NCBI GenBank assembly: GCA_046347555.1
Contig: JAXMFY010000008.1
Span: 60,022-124,021 of the forward strand
Length of the DNA stretch: 64,000 nt
Direction of reading: 5' to 3'
Source: Candidatus Competibacteraceae bacterium
GTDB taxonomy: Bacteria > Pseudomonadota > Gammaproteobacteria > Competibacterales > Competibacteraceae
In this document: one piece after another, positions 1 through 11,238 of the stretch
Position numbering within the stretch: position 1 is the first letter of the stretch
Layout: every line of letters starts with the position of its first letter
Position numbers and translations under genes: made by a program
The notes under the pieces: model-generated
What the model saw: only the letters and a program-made list of their open reading frames with translations
The model's database searches: none
Told to the model about the DNA's origin: nothing

Positions 1-460
1 GCGAGCCGAGCGCCAGCGCCCGAGCGATCGCGCCGCGCTGGCGCATCCCGCCGGACAGCTCCAGCGGGTATTTGTCGGCGGCCTCCTCCAAACCCACTTG
101 CGCCAGATACTCCCGGGCCAGTATCCGACGTCGCGCCGGAGCCAGTGCCGGATGCGCCTTGGCGATGGCCAGGGCGACGTTGTCCGCCACGCTCAGCCAG
201 GGAAACAGCGAGTAATCCTGAAACACCACTCCCCGGTCGATGCCGGGACCGGCAATCGGCCGATCCCACCAGCGGATCGCGCCACACTGCGGGCTTTCCA
301 GTCCCGCCAACAGGCGCAGCAAGGTGGATTTGCCCGATCCGGACGGACCCAGCAAGCACAGGAATTCTCCCTCCCGCACCGTCAGCCGGATATCGTCGAG
401 AATGGGGACGCCGTCGTAGGCGAAGGAGACGGCGTCGAGAGTGAGGGCCGCCGGGTTCAC
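1..460 (-). CDS. ABC transporter ATP-binding protein, NitT/TauT (nitrate/sulfonate/bicarbonate) family. N-terminal part only: the gene starts at a GTG at 460 and runs off the window edge
   Basis: Minus-strand translation gives Walker A GPSGSGKST, the Q-loop and the ABC signature LSGGMRQR. The GTG start overlaps the upstream gene stop (GTGA). Confidence 0.8.
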   Translation of the reverse strand, partial: MNPAALTLDAVSFAYDGVPILDDIRLTVREGEFLCLLGPSGSGKSTLLRLLAGLESPQCGAIRWWDRPIAGPGIDRGVVFQDYSLFPWLSVADNVALAIAKAHPALAPARRRILAREYLAQVGLEEAADKYPLELSGGMRQRGAIARALALGS

Positions 461-1497
461 AGCACGTCCCGCTGCTGGAAATCGCGTTGCCGCTGCTTCC
501 AGAACGGTTCTCCCGGCTCCTCGGCGGCCAGGCGATCCAAAGTCTGCTTGTACAGTTGGGTATCGATATAGGCGGTGATGTCCAGCTTGGAATCGACGAA
601 GCCGCTGTTCTGCATGATGGTCCAGAACGTCTGAACTCCGCGCACGTTGGGATCGGATTGCTGGTCGAGGTGCGGCTGGTAGTAGCCGCGTTCCAGCAGG
701 TCGCGATCCAGCTTCACGTACTTCTGAATGGCGTCGATGGTTTCCTTATGGTTCTGGGCGGCGAACTTTTCGGCGCGCAGGATGGCGCGCAGGAATTTGC
801 TCCAGGTTTCCTGGTCGTCGAATTTCTGGGGAGTAACGACCAGCCGGCAGCAGGGATGGCCCGGCTGCAAGTCCGAGGAACGAATGACGATCTTGAGTCC
901 CTGATCCTCGGCGCGCAGGTCGTGCGGTCCCCACACCACCCCGGCGTCCACCTGACCCGACTTGACCGCCTCGATCACCGCCGGGGGATTTTTCAGCTCG
1001 AAAATCTGCACGTCGGCTTTCCAGTCCACTTTGGCGTCGGTCAGGGCGCCGCGCAGCACCGCATCGCCGGTGGCCATCCGCACCGTCGCCACCTTCTTGC
1101 CTTTGAGGTCGGCGACGGTCTTGATCTGGCCCGCCTTCTCGGGGGTGGCGATCAGCGAGGCATCCTCGCCCATGATGCCGCCGATGATGCGCAGATCGGT
1201 CCCCTTGGCGATGTGCGCCAGCGGGGCGGTGGTGCCGAAGGCGCCGACGTCCAGCTTGCCGGCGACGACGGCGTTGAGACCGTCCGCCGAATTGACGAAC
1301 TCGATCAGTTCGACGTCGAGTCCCTCCTGCGCGAACAAGCCCTGCTCCTTGGCCACGAAGAACTTGGCGTGGCCGGTGACGGGCAGATAACCCACCTTCA
1401 AGGTGTGCGTGGTGTTGTCGGCCAAAGCGCCCAGGGACAGGGTCAGTCCCAGAGCGGCGGCGGTCATGGATTTGAGGAATCGCGATAATGGAACCAT
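457..1497 (-). CDS. NitT/TauT-family (NMT1-like) periplasmic substrate-binding protein
   Basis: ORF with signal peptide MVPLSRFLKSMTAAALGLTLSLGALA. An AGGAGG RBS precedes the ATG at 1497. SsuA/TauA-like fold motifs. The listed 390-aa ORF is trimmed to the internal Met. Confidence 0.75.
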   Translation of the reverse strand: MVPLSRFLKSMTAAALGLTLSLGALADNTTHTLKVGYLPVTGHAKFFVAKEQGLFAQEGLDVELIEFVNSADGLNAVVAGKLDVGAFGTTAPLAHIAKGTDLRIIGGIMGEDASLIATPEKAGQIKTVADLKGKKVATVRMATGDAVLRGALTDAKVDWKADVQIFELKNPPAVIEAVKSGQVDAGVVWGPHDLRAEDQGLKIVIRSSDLQPGHPCCRLVVTPQKFDDQETWSKFLRAILRAEKFAAQNHKETIDAIQKYVKLDRDLLERGYYQPHLDQQSDPNVRGVQTFWTIMQNSGFVDSKLDITAYIDTQLYKQTLDRLAAEEPGEPFWKQRQRDFQQRDVL

Positions 1498-1755
1498 GTC
1501 CTCCTCCCGAAAGGTACAGTGATGATCGGTTGCGAAGCCAACTCGGGGCGTCCACCAACCTGGAGAGGAGTTTTGTATAGCGCGGGCGCGTTCAAACTCA
1601 AAAGAATAAAAATTGCTGATGAAATTCACCCAAAGAATTAAGGCCGACTTCCGCTTTTGCAGAAAAATGTATAAGGATTTCGCAATAGATTATTTTCAAT
1701 TATTACTATCCGTTTTTAAAATTTGATTTAGTTATAACTTTATCGGAGCCTAACC
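1498..1755. promoter_or_regulatory. AT-rich divergent promoter/operator region between the sulfonate-type ABC operon and sbp-cysTWA. Likely CysB-controlled.
   Basis: AT-rich (~30% GC) island in a 65% GC background, flanked by divergently transcribed sulfur-uptake genes. Confidence 0.35.
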
Positions 1756-2760
1756 ATGATTTTTTCGCCCGGCCTCGTGCGCGTCCTCCTTGCGGGCGCT
1801 ACCGCTTTCATGCTCGGGACCGCGCACGCCGATGTCGCGCTCCTGAACGTGTCCTACGACGTGACCCGCGAGTTATACAAGGACATCAACCCGGCTTTCA
1901 TCGAGCACTGGGCCAAAACCACGGGCGAGAAAGTCGCCGTCGAACAGTCTCACGGCGGATCAAGCAAGCAGGCGCTCGCGGTGGCCAACGGCCTGGAAGC
2001 GGACGTGGTCACCATGAACCAGGCCACCGACATTGATTTGCTGGCCGCTGGCGGGTTAGTGCCGAAGGACTGGCGCCAGCGCCTCCCTCACGACAGCGCG
2101 CCGTATACCTCGACCACCATATTTCTGGTGCGCAAAGGCAACCCCAAGCACGTTCGCGACTGGGACGACCTGGTGAAACCGGGCATTGCGGTGATCGTTC
2201 CCAACCCCAAAACCTCCGGTAACGGCCGCTACGCCTATCTGGCGGCCTGGGGCTACGCGATCAAGAAGGGCGGCGACGAAGCCAGGGCGCGCGATTTCGT
2301 GACCCGCCTGTTCCGCAACGTGCCGGTGCTGGATGGCGGCGGACGCGGTGCCACCACGACCTTCACCCAGCGCGATCTGGGCGACGTGCTGGTGACCTTC
2401 GAGAACGAGGCGGTGCTGATCGGCCGCGAGTTGGGCAGCGAAAAATTCGAGGTGATCTATCCCTCGATCAGCATTCAGGCCGAAGCGCCGGTCGCCGTGG
2501 TGGATCGAGTGGTGGACAAGAAAGGAACCCGCAAGCAAGCCCAGGGCTACCTGGAATTTCTCTATTCCCCCGCCGGTCAGGAAATTGTCGCCCGGAATTT
2601 CTTCCGGCCCCGGCTGGAGACGATCCTGAAACAGCACGCCGGGCAGTTCAAACCGATCCAGCTTTTCACGGTGGACGAGGTCTTCGGTGGCTGGGCGAAA
2701 GCGCAACAGACGCACTTCGCCGATGGCGGCGTGTACGACCAGATCGTGGTGAACCGCTGA
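1756..2760 (+). CDS. sbp: Sulfate/thiosulfate-binding periplasmic protein
   Basis: 334 aa with signal peptide. Strong similarity to Sbp/CysP (e.g. GNPKTSGNGRYAYLAAWGY). Confidence 0.85.
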   Translation: MIFSPGLVRVLLAGATAFMLGTAHADVALLNVSYDVTRELYKDINPAFIEHWAKTTGEKVAVEQSHGGSSKQALAVANGLEADVVTMNQATDIDLLAAGGLVPKDWRQRLPHDSAPYTSTTIFLVRKGNPKHVRDWDDLVKPGIAVIVPNPKTSGNGRYAYLAAWGYAIKKGGDEARARDFVTRLFRNVPVLDGGGRGATTTFTQRDLGDVLVTFENEAVLIGRELGSEKFEVIYPSISIQAEAPVAVVDRVVDKKGTRKQAQGYLEFLYSPAGQEIVARNFFRPRLETILKQHAGQFKPIQLFTVDEVFGGWAKAQQTHFADGGVYDQIVVNR

Positions 2761-3593
2761 TGCGCGCCGGCAAACCGCATCGCGTCCTGCCGGGGTTTCC
2801 GCTGGCGTTGGGCTATACCCTGGTGTATCTGGCGCTGATCGTGCTGATCCCGCTCGCCGCGGTTTTTCTGAAGTCCACGTCCCTGACCTGGGAACAATTC
2901 TGGGCGGTGATCAGCGCGCCGCGCGTGGTGGCGTCCTATCGGGTGAGTTTCGGGACCTCGCTGCTGGCCGCCGCCATCAACGCCGTGTTCGGGCTGATCT
3001 TCGCCTGGGTGCTGGTGCGCTACAGCTTTCCGGGCAAGCGGATCGTCGATGCACTGGTGGATTTGCCGTTCGCCCTGCCCACCGCCGTCGCCGGCATCGC
3101 GCTCACCGCCATCTACGCCGGCAATGGCTGGCTGGGCCAGTGGCTGGAACCCCTGGGCCTCAAGGTCGCCTTCACCCCTCTGGGCATCCTGGTCGCGCTG
3201 ACCTTCATCGGCCTGCCCTTCGTGGTGCGCACGGTGCAACCGGTGCTCGATGATCTGGATACCGAGTTGGAGGAAGCCGCCGCCAGCCTCGGCGCGGATC
3301 GCTGGCAGACGTTCTGGCGCGTGTTACTGCCCGTGCTGATGCCGGCCTTGCTCACCGGCTTCGCCCTGGCCTTCGCCCGGGCGGTCGGCGAGTACGGCTC
3401 GGTGATCTTCATCGCCGGCAACGTGCCGATGGTGTCGGAGATCACCCCGCTGCTGATCATCACCAAGCTGGAGCAGTATGACTACGTCGGCGCCACGGCC
3501 ATCGCCGTGGTGATGCTGGTCGTCTCGTTCGTTCTGCTCTTTCTGATTAACGGCTTGCAGTTCTGGGCCAACCGCGGTCGCGCGAGGAGCTGA
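2760..3593 (+). CDS. cysT: Sulfate ABC transporter permease CysT
   Basis: 277-aa polytopic permease with ABC-2 permease signature. Adjacent to sbp and cysW. Confidence 0.85.
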   Translation: MRAGKPHRVLPGFPLALGYTLVYLALIVLIPLAAVFLKSTSLTWEQFWAVISAPRVVASYRVSFGTSLLAAAINAVFGLIFAWVLVRYSFPGKRIVDALVDLPFALPTAVAGIALTAIYAGNGWLGQWLEPLGLKVAFTPLGILVALTFIGLPFVVRTVQPVLDDLDTELEEAAASLGADRWQTFWRVLLPVLMPALLTGFALAFARAVGEYGSVIFIAGNVPMVSEITPLLIITKLEQYDYVGATAIAVVMLVVSFVLLFLINGLQFWANRGRARS

Positions 3594-3595
3594 GC

Positions 3596-4498
3596 ATGGG
3601 CGCCGCTGTCGCTACCCATTGGACCGCCCACGCGCGGCGGTTCGAGGCCAAAGCCGCCACCCGCGAACCGGCCTGGATCAAGGGGACGCTGATCGTCATC
3701 GCGCTGGCGTTCTTCGGGCTGTTTCTGCTGCTGCCGCTGGTGACGGTGTTCGCCGAGGCGTTCCGCAAGGGCTGGCAGGTCTATTTGGCCGCCCTGGTGG
3801 AGCCTGACGCGCTGTCCGCCATCGCTCTGACCCTGTTGGTGGCGGCCATCGCCGTGCCCCTCAACCTGGTGTTTGGCGTCACGGCAGCCTGGGCGATCGC
3901 GAAATTCAATTTTCGCGGCAAGCAGTTGTTGACCACTCTGATCGATCTGCCGTTCTCGGTCTCGCCGGTTGTTGCCGGCCTGGTGTTCGTGCTGCTGTTC
4001 GGGGCGCAGGGCTGGTTCGGCCCCTGGCTGATCGAACACGACGTGAAGATCATTTTCGCCGTGCCCGGTCTGGTGCTGGCGACGATCTTCGTCACCTTCC
4101 CGTTCGTCGCCCGCGAGCTGATTCCCCTGATGGAAGCCCAGGGCCGTGAGGAAGAAGAGGCGGCCATCGTGCTGGGGGCCTCCGGCTGGCAAACCTTCTG
4201 GCACGTCACACTGCCGAACGTCAAATGGGGCTTGCTCTACGGCGTCATCCTGTCCAACGCCCGCGCCATGGGGGAATTCGGCGCGGTCTCGGTGGTGTCC
4301 GGCCACATTCGAGGACGGACTAACACCCTGCCGTTGTACGTGGAGATCCTTTACAACGAATACTATTTCGCCGCCGCGTTCGCGGTGGCCTCGCTGCTGG
4401 CGCTGCTGGCGTTGCTGACCCTGATCGTCAAATCCCTGGTGGAACGGCGGGGCCGGCAACAGTTGAGCGTCGGCGAGGAATCGGGAGCATCCACATGA
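3596..4498 (+). CDS. cysW: Sulfate ABC transporter permease CysW
   Basis: 300-aa permease paralogous to CysT, in the operon. Confidence 0.85.
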   Translation: MGAAVATHWTAHARRFEAKAATREPAWIKGTLIVIALAFFGLFLLLPLVTVFAEAFRKGWQVYLAALVEPDALSAIALTLLVAAIAVPLNLVFGVTAAWAIAKFNFRGKQLLTTLIDLPFSVSPVVAGLVFVLLFGAQGWFGPWLIEHDVKIIFAVPGLVLATIFVTFPFVARELIPLMEAQGREEEEAAIVLGASGWQTFWHVTLPNVKWGLLYGVILSNARAMGEFGAVSVVSGHIRGRTNTLPLYVEILYNEYYFAAAFAVASLLALLALLTLIVKSLVERRGRQQLSVGEESGAST

Positions 4499-5628
4499 GC
4501 ATTCGCGTGCAAAGCATCGCCAAACGGTTCGGCCCGTTCGTCGCGCTCGACGACGTCACCCTGGATTTTCCGACCGGCCAACTGGTGGGCTTGCTGGGTC
4601 CGTCCGGCTGCGGCAAAACCACCCTGCTGCGGATCATCGCCGGCCTGGAGTCCGCCGATGGCGGGCAGGTGTTTCTCGACGGCGAGGACGCTTCCACCGC
4701 CCACGTCCGCGAGCGGCAAGTCGGCTTCGTGTTCCAGCATTACGCCCTGTTCCGGCACATGACCGTGTTCGACAATGTCGCCTTCGGGCTGCGGATCAAG
4801 CCGCGCGGGCAACGCCCCGGCGAGAGCGCGATTCAATCCCGCGTTCGCGAGCTTCTGGACCTGGTGCAGTTATCAGCGCTCGCCCAGCGTTATCCCACGC
4901 AATTGTCCGGCGGCCAGCGGCAGCGGATCGCCCTGGCCCGCGCCCTGGCGGTCGAGCCGCGCGTGCTGTTGCTTGACGAGCCGTTCGGCGCGCTGGACGC
5001 CAAGGTCCGCAAGGAATTGCGCCGCTGGTTGCGAAAACTGCACGACGTGCTGCACATCACCAGCATCTTCGTGACCCACGACCAGGAAGAAGCGCTGGAA
5101 GTATCCGACCAGGTCGTGTTGATGAACCGTGGTCGGATCGAGCAGATCGGCACGCCCGACCAGGTGTACGAACAGCCGGCCACGCCATTCGTGTACGGCT
5201 TTCTCGGCGCGGTCAACCTGTTTCGCGGCCGGGTGCGCGACCAGCAGCTACACGTCGACGACGGCAGCTTGCCCTTGGGTCGCGCCGGCTTTCAGTCCGG
5301 CGCCGAGGCGCTGGGTTTCGTCCGCCCTCACGAGCTGGAAATCGAAACCGACTTGTCCAATAACACCGGCATCATCGCCAAAGTCGAACGGGTGTTGGCG
5401 TTCGGCTCGACCGCCCGGGTCGATCTGACCGGCGCCAACGGCGAATCGGGCCGGCTTTACGAGGTGGAGCTATCGCGCGAGCGCGTGGCCGCGCTGAACC
5501 TGGCCAACGGGCAACGGGTGCGCCTGAAGCCGGCGCGGATTCGCCTGTTCGCGCCTGAACCCCGGCCGGCGGGACCGGCATCCCTTCCGGCGCGGAGTCT
5601 GATCGGCCTTGATGGAGAGGGGATTTGA
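4495..5628 (+). CDS. cysA: Sulfate/thiosulfate import ATP-binding protein CysA
   Basis: Walker [10 protein letters not shown], signature LSGGQRQR, Walker [12 protein letters not shown], and a C-terminal TOBE/MOP-like domain. Confidence 0.85.
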   Translation: MSIRVQSIAKRFGPFVALDDVTLDFPTGQLVGLLGPSGCGKTTLLRIIAGLESADGGQVFLDGEDASTAHVRERQVGFVFQHYALFRHMTVFDNVAFGLRIKPRGQRPGESAIQSRVRELLDLVQLSALAQRYPTQLSGGQRQRIALARALAVEPRVLLLDEPFGALDAKVRKELRRWLRKLHDVLHITSIFVTHDQEEALEVSDQVVLMNRGRIEQIGTPDQVYEQPATPFVYGFLGAVNLFRGRVRDQQLHVDDGSLPLGRAGFQSGAEALGFVRPHELEIETDLSNNTGIIAKVERVLAFGSTARVDLTGANGESGRLYEVELSRERVAALNLANGQRVRLKPARIRLFAPEPRPAGPASLPARSLIGLDGEGI

Positions 5629-6596
5629 ACTTTCAGCAACTGCGCATCATCCAGGAAGCGGTGCGCTGCAACTTCAACCTGACCGAGGTCGCCAATGCGC
5701 TGTTCACCTCGCAGTCCGGGGTGAGCAAGCACATCAAGGACCTGGAGGACGAACTTGGCATCGAGCTGTTCGTCCGCCGGGGCAAGCGGTTTCTGGGGCT
5801 GACCGAGCCCGGCAAGGAATTGGTCGAGATTGTCCGGCGGATGCTGCTGGACGCCAGGAACATCCGCCAACTCGCCGAGCAATTTTCCAACCGCGACCAG
5901 GGCCAGCTCCGAGTCGCCACCACCCACACTCAGGCGCGCTACGCCTTGCCGCCGGTGGTCGCCCAGTTCAAGGCCGCCTTTCCCCGCGTCCACCTGGCGC
6001 TCCATCAAGCCAGTCCGGCCGAGATCGCCACGATGTTGCTGGCCGGCGAGGCCGACATCGGCATCGCCACCGAAGCGCTGGCCAGCGTGGCGGAACTGGC
6101 CTCCTTCGCATTTTACGAGTGGCATCACGCCGTGATCGTGCCGGACGGGCACCCGCTGGTCTTGGTCCAGCCGCTCACGCTCGACGCCATCGTCGAACAT
6201 CCGCTCATCACCTACCACGAGGGCTTTACCGGCCGTTCCAGGCTCGACGCCGCCTTCGCGCGGGCGGGGCTGGCGCCCGACATCGTGATCTCGGCTCTGG
6301 ACGCCGACGTGATCAAAACCTACGTCGAGCTGGGTCTCGGCATCGGCATCATTGCCTCGGTGGCTTTCAACCCAGTCAAGGACATCGGCCTGCGCCTGCT
6401 CGACGGCGCCCGGCTGTTCGAGAAGAACATCACCTGGATCGCCGTCCGCCGGGGCCACTACTTGCGAAACTTCGCGTATCGGTTCATCGAATTGTGCAAC
6501 CCGGAACTGAGCGAATCCCTCGTGCGCAACGCCAGTTCCGCCGCCAGCCTCCCACCGGCGCGCGGCGAAACGTTCGAGGCTGGCGCTGGCATCTGA
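5625..6596 (+). CDS. cysB: LysR-family transcriptional regulator, CysB-like
   Basis: 323 aa. The N-terminal HTH and the whole length align closely to CysB (MxxQQLRxIxE...TSQPGISK...[12 protein letters not shown]...). Start overlaps the cysA stop. Confidence 0.75.
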   Translation: MNFQQLRIIQEAVRCNFNLTEVANALFTSQSGVSKHIKDLEDELGIELFVRRGKRFLGLTEPGKELVEIVRRMLLDARNIRQLAEQFSNRDQGQLRVATTHTQARYALPPVVAQFKAAFPRVHLALHQASPAEIATMLLAGEADIGIATEALASVAELASFAFYEWHHAVIVPDGHPLVLVQPLTLDAIVEHPLITYHEGFTGRSRLDAAFARAGLAPDIVISALDADVIKTYVELGLGIGIIASVAFNPVKDIGLRLLDGARLFEKNITWIAVRRGHYLRNFAYRFIELCNPELSESLVRNASSAASLPPARGETFEAGAGI

Positions 6597-6668
6597 AGAC
6601 CATACGGTCGCCGACCTTTGCCAGACGGGCCGCTTCTCCAAGCCAACTTGCAAACGATTTGGACTTCT

Positions 6669-8048
6669 TCAAATCGCCGCGCTTGCGGCGAGGGGCAATG
6701 GCGACCCGACCACGGTCGGCGCCGGCAACCCGGCGGGCGGGCGCAAGGCGCCAGCGCGCAACTCGGCCAGCAGGGTTTCCCCTTCGGGCCAGGGTCCAAA
6801 CCCCGATTCGACGTTGATGTGGCCAGCCTGGCCGAGATTGACCAGGCGGCTGCCCCAGTGCTGGGCAAACCACTTCGCCCGCTCCAGTTCGAGGTGTGGA
6901 TCGTTCTCGCTGGCGACGAGGATGCTCGGGAATGGCAGGGGCCGCAGCGGCACCCCGTCGAAGAACGGACGGTGGTCGGTGTCGGCGGGCGCCACCAGCA
7001 AGGCCCCTCGGACATCGGCCCAGCGGCGCCTGGCCCACTCGGCGATGGTGATGCAGCCCAGGCTATGTCCAACCAGGATCACCGGACTGGGCGCGCGGCG
7101 GATTTCCCGATCCAGGGCCTCGACCCATTCGTCGACTTGCGGTTGGCGCCAGTTTCGCTGGCGGACCCGCCGGTACGCCGGGTGATCCCGACCCCACAAG
7201 GTTTGCCAGTGATCCGGCCCGGAGTCGCCCAAACCCGGCACGATGAGGACGGTGGTCTCCTCGACCGGATGGCGGACGCGATCCTGATAGCCGTCGGCGC
7301 CGACCCAACGGGCAATCTGAGCCTGATGCTCGGTGGCAACGCCAAGCAGAAACACCCGCGCGCCATGATTCTTGATCCGCTGGACGCGTTGGGCCAGTGC
7401 GCGCAGTTCGTCGGCGCTCATTTCCGCCGCTCGCAGATGCGAATAGCCCAGCTTGATGATATCCGGTTGCAAGGCCAGCGACCGATCCAGCTCGCTGGGA
7501 TCAACGCCGCGCTGGTGCAGGGCGATGCCGAAGCCCCGCGCCCGGAAACTGGCGATGGCCTGGACCAGGTGGCCACTATCCAGTACGACGGCTTCGGCGA
7601 TTTCCAGAACCACATCGCCCGGCGCCCGGCCGCAGTCGCGCAGAATACCCTCGAACACCGCTCCGTGATCGCCGGACACCCGGGCAATATGCCAGGGATG
7701 GACCTCCAGCAATAACAATCCGCTCAGCCGCCAGGCGGCGGCGTTAAGGACGTGCAGGGTGCGAACCAGGCGGTCGAGGTAAACGATGGAATCCTCGTCG
7801 AGGGCGACGGCGTAAGGCGCCCTAGGCGATACGCTATTGCCGCGCGGGCTGAAGGCGTGAAGCCAGGCCTGATAGCCGAGCACCTCATCCCCGGCATCCA
7901 GAAGCGCGTCGAAGACGCTCTCCAGCCGCATGCCGTAAAATCCGGCCACCACGGCGCCTTCTTCCAGGGCGAAGGGCGCCCGCGCGCCCGCCCAGGCCGC
8001 TTGTTGGAATTGCTGGTTGAAGTGGGCGACAAGCGGTGCGAGCGACAT
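6669..8048 (-). CDS. Fusion protein: degenerate (probably inactive) EAL-like domain plus a C-terminal YdeN/RBBP9-like alpha/beta serine hydrolase
   Basis: N-terminal half has EAL-domain topology (LLLEVHP, VVLEIAE, PDIIKLGYSHL, GVATEHQ...GYQD). It lacks the EAL and DDFGTG catalytic motifs: QAW replaces EAL, HQRG replaces DDFG. C-terminal half has GHSLG, D and H, typical of Ser_hydrolase PF06821. Confidence 0.5.
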   Translation of the reverse strand: MSLAPLVAHFNQQFQQAAWAGARAPFALEEGAVVAGFYGMRLESVFDALLDAGDEVLGYQAWLHAFSPRGNSVSPRAPYAVALDEDSIVYLDRLVRTLHVLNAAAWRLSGLLLLEVHPWHIARVSGDHGAVFEGILRDCGRAPGDVVLEIAEAVVLDSGHLVQAIASFRARGFGIALHQRGVDPSELDRSLALQPDIIKLGYSHLRAAEMSADELRALAQRVQRIKNHGARVFLLGVATEHQAQIARWVGADGYQDRVRHPVEETTVLIVPGLGDSGPDHWQTLWGRDHPAYRRVRQRNWRQPQVDEWVEALDREIRRAPSPVILVGHSLGCITIAEWARRRWADVRGALLVAPADTDHRPFFDGVPLRPLPFPSILVASENDPHLELERAKWFAQHWGSRLVNLGQAGHINVESGFGPWPEGETLLAELRAGALRPPAGLPAPTVVGSPLPLAASAAI

Positions 8049-8330
8049 GTTGATCTCCTCGATAAAAGCGGTTTCGGCAAGAAAAGTCAGAACCTTTCGC
8101 CGCCCGGCGTCATGCTCGTCACGCTGGCGCGCAACTCGCTTCCCGCCATCGTCAACAGTGTAGGAAGATCAAAATAAAATTAGAAAGAATAAAAAGATCA
8201 TTGGTTATTACCCATACATATTATTACCGGCCGGAGATTTCTCCGCGCGGTGACAAGAAAACCAGACGATGGGATTTGGCAAACCGCGCCTGACCGACCA
8301 CAGGGGAAATCTCACGAAGCCAAACGGATT

Positions 8331-10089
8331 TCACGACCTCTCGGTCCATGCTTTGACATATAACTCCTCCAGCGCCTGGGTGAATCCCGGTTCATCGCGC
8401 AGCGGCGAGGCGGCCACCCGATGACGGAGGTTGGCGCGCAGAGCGGCCAGGGTCGGGATATCCGTCGCCAATTCGGCCGCGACGCGCAGGTACTGGGCCT
8501 CGTCCCTGGCGATCAGTTGCTCCAGTCCAACGGCATGAAGCAGGCTGGATACCATTCTCCCCGCGTGGCTGCTCCCTTCCAGGGTGATGACCGGCGCCCC
8601 CTGCCAGAGGGCGCAACAGGCGAGGGTATGACCGCTCCACGGAAACACATCGAGGAAAATATCGATATCCTCGAACTGTTCGAAGAAGCTGCGGGTGGGA
8701 TCGTTCAGCGACCGCAACAGAAGCCGCCCAGGATCGATCCCCAAGGCCGCGAATGCCCCCTCCAGCCGCTGCTGGTGCCAAGCATCGATCTGGTCGCGGG
8801 CAATGAGCAGACGCGCGCCCGGGAGCGCCTGGAGCAGCCGGCTCCAAAGGCGAATCACCGCGGGGTTGATTTTCTCCAGCTTGTGCAAGGCGCCGAAAGT
8901 GACCTGGCCGGTCTTCGCCGCTGGCGCCGGGCTGACCGGGGGAGCATGGTCGGGGGGACGGAAACAGGCGAATAGCCGTGGCAATCGCAGCGGCGCTTCA
9001 CAACCGGGAAAACCCTCTCCCTCCGGCGCGGTGAACGCATCGACGATCCGATAATCCATCGCCGCGAGCCCGGTGGTGTTCGGGTAGCCCAGCCAACTGA
9101 TTTGCAACGGCGCCGGCTTGCGGGCAAAGAGCATGAGGCGGTTCTTTTCGGTGTGGCCGCCCAGATCCACCAGAATGTCCACGCGGTCCGCGCGGACCTG
9201 CTCGTCGAGACGGTGGTCGGACCAACCGGCGATGTCGCGCCATTGGTCGGCGAGACTTTTGAGCCGCGCCGTCACCGCATCCGGGCTCTCCACGTCGGAA
9301 TAACAGCAGATGCGAAAGCGCCGGCGATCGTGGTGGGCCAGCACCGGTTCGAAAAAGTAATTCACCGCGTGGGCGCGAAAATCCCGGGAAACGTAGCCGA
9401 TTCGCAGCAACCGGTCGGGTCGGCGGCTCGGATTTTTTCGAGGCGGCCTGGCGAGTTGGTCCAGGTGGCCACAGACCCGCCGGTGTTCGGCGGCCACTTC
9501 CCACGGGTCGAGTCCTGGAACCAGGTTCAGCAGGTAGAGCAGATTGTCCGCCGCGACTGGATAGTCGGGGCGGCGCTGGAGCGCCGCGCGAAAGGCGACG
9601 ATGGCGTCCTCCAGTCGCAACTGGTCGAACAACGCGCGCCCGAGATTGTAATGCGCTTCCGCCAGTCCCGGGGCCAACCGCGCGGCCGCCTCGGCATGGC
9701 GCAGCGCTGCCTCATGGGCGTGGATATCCCCGTAGGCGGCGCCAAGATTGAGATGGGCGCCGGCGTGATCGGGACGCAAGGCGAGAGCGACCTGCAACTG
9801 CTCGATCGCGGCCTGGGGCTCCCCAGCCCGGCGTAAGGCATCCCCCAGGTTACTGCGCAGCACCGGATTGTCGGGGACCAGGTCCACCGCGCGCCGAATA
9901 TAGGCCGCTCCCTCGGCGTGAGCGCCCTGCTGGTGGCGGACCAACCCGAACAGATGAAGCGCGTCGGGGTCCGCCGGCGACAATCGCAACACCCGTTCAT
10001 AGAGTTGCGCCGCCCGCGCCAATTCCCCCGCCTGGTGGAATTTTACCGCCGCCTGGAGAAGCGCCCGAGGATCGTTTACTGTTGGCACC
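8331..10089 (-). CDS. TPR-repeat protein with a C-terminal GT41 (O-GlcNAc transferase/SPINDLY-like) glycosyltransferase domain
   Basis: Several TPR units (AAQLYERVLRL..., AHYNLGRAL...), then the OGT-like catalytic region (RIGYVSRDF...WLGYPNTTG...). The listed 741-aa ORF has a junk N-terminus, so the start is set at a GTG near 10089. Confidence 0.6.
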
Positions 10090-10151
10090 GCCCTACCCCA
10101 TAAGCTCGCGAACGGAGCCGATTCTACTTCACTGGGACCACCAGACCGGAG

Positions 10152-10718
10152 GTGACCATGAACCTCGTGCAAGCGCAAGCCGCCAGCGACATCGATACCG
10201 CGCGGACGCTGTTCCGCGAGTACCAGCGGTTCCTGGGCGTCGATCTGTGCTTCCAGGGGTTCGAGGAGGAACTTGCGACCCTGCCGGGGCGCTACGCGCC
10301 ACCGAGGGGCCGGTTGCTGCTCGCGCTGGATGGACCCCGCGCGGCGGGCTGCGTGGCCCTGCGCCCGCTGGACGACAAGATCTGCGAGATGAAACGCCTG
10401 TTCGTCCGGCCAGCGTATCGCGGTCGAGGGCTGGGGCGCGTCCTGGCGACCCGGATCGTGGACGAAGCGGCGGCCTTGGGCTATGCCGCGATGCGGCTGG
10501 ATACCCTGGAGGGGCTGGAAGATGCGATGCGCCTTTACGCCTCGATGGGTTTTCAACGCCGCGCGCCCTACTACGCCAATCCGCTGCCGGGCGTGGTGTA
10601 TTGGGAGCGGGCGCTGTCGAATTTCCCATCCGCTTCCACCACCATGGAGCCGGACGGTTCGCTTCCCGGCCCGGTTGGAGATTCACGATCCAATCATCTC
10701 AATTATCATCGCTGCTGA
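10152..10718 (+). CDS. GNAT-family N-acetyltransferase
   Basis: Acetyl-CoA-binding motif RPAYRGRGLGRVL. Confidence 0.7.
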   Translation: MTMNLVQAQAASDIDTARTLFREYQRFLGVDLCFQGFEEELATLPGRYAPPRGRLLLALDGPRAAGCVALRPLDDKICEMKRLFVRPAYRGRGLGRVLATRIVDEAAALGYAAMRLDTLEGLEDAMRLYASMGFQRRAPYYANPLPGVVYWERALSNFPSASTTMEPDGSLPGPVGDSRSNHLNYHRC

Positions 10719-11139
10719 CGATGAACACCTCGTCCACCTCGTTGATGTGGTAACGCCGGGGCTTGGCGGCCACCGCGAGATCCGCCTCGCTCAAGCCGGA
10801 TTGACCGAGCATGTAGGCACGGATGGCCGGATCGTTCGGATCGGCTTTTTCATTCTCCAGCCATTGCCGGACCTTCGGGTCTTGCGGCTGAAAGACATGC
10901 AGCTCCCGATGGCCGCGTTGCAACAGGGCGTAAACCGGCGGGTCGCCTAGCTCGACCAGCTTGGTATAACCCATCTCCTCGTACATTCGCGCGGTCTGCC
11001 TGACGTTGGCCAGCACCTTACCGTTGCCTTTGTAGTCGGGGCCGTACTCGAAGCGGTTGCCTTTCTCCAGCAGGTGCTGGCGCAGCGCCGCGACCGCGCC
11101 ATCAAGGCCGGTTATCGATTTGACGGTTTTCTCGCTCAT
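10699..11139 (-). CDS. Hypothetical protein (146 aa)
   Basis: Clean ORF with normal codon usage. No recognisable domain. Confidence 0.4.
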   Translation of the reverse strand: MSEKTVKSITGLDGAVAALRQHLLEKGNRFEYGPDYKGNGKVLANVRQTARMYEEMGYTKLVELGDPPVYALLQRGHRELHVFQPQDPKVRQWLENEKADPNDPAIRAYMLGQSGLSEADLAVAAKPRRYHINEVDEVFIVSSDDN

Positions 11140-11238
11140 GGGTAAATGCTCCGCAAAATTATTCCACGTGGCATATTCTAAGAAATACTTGCTGAAAAAC
11201 CGTTTTTATTCTCACCTCTCTATCCCAGGAGTTATCGC

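Noticed and set aside
98-571. Plus-strand ORFs at the left edge (98..571, 145..444)
   Set aside because: Antisense to the ABC ATPase, whose Walker and signature motifs are unambiguous on the minus strand.
3482-4459. Long antisense ORFs opposite real genes (e.g. 3482..4459 minus, 5457..6653 minus, 12723..14063 minus, 37855..41370 minus, 25665..27449 minus, 30496..31392 plus)
   Set aside because: Typical high-GC mirror-frame artefacts. They are Arg/Pro/Gly-rich and low-complexity with no motifs, and they fully overlap well-supported genes on the other strand.
8050-8330. AT-rich 280-bp island between the GT41 and EAL-hydrolase genes as a possible mobile-element remnant
   Set aside because: No inverted terminal repeats, no transposase and no att-like duplications. 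More simply it is the promoter region of the EAL-hydrolase gene.
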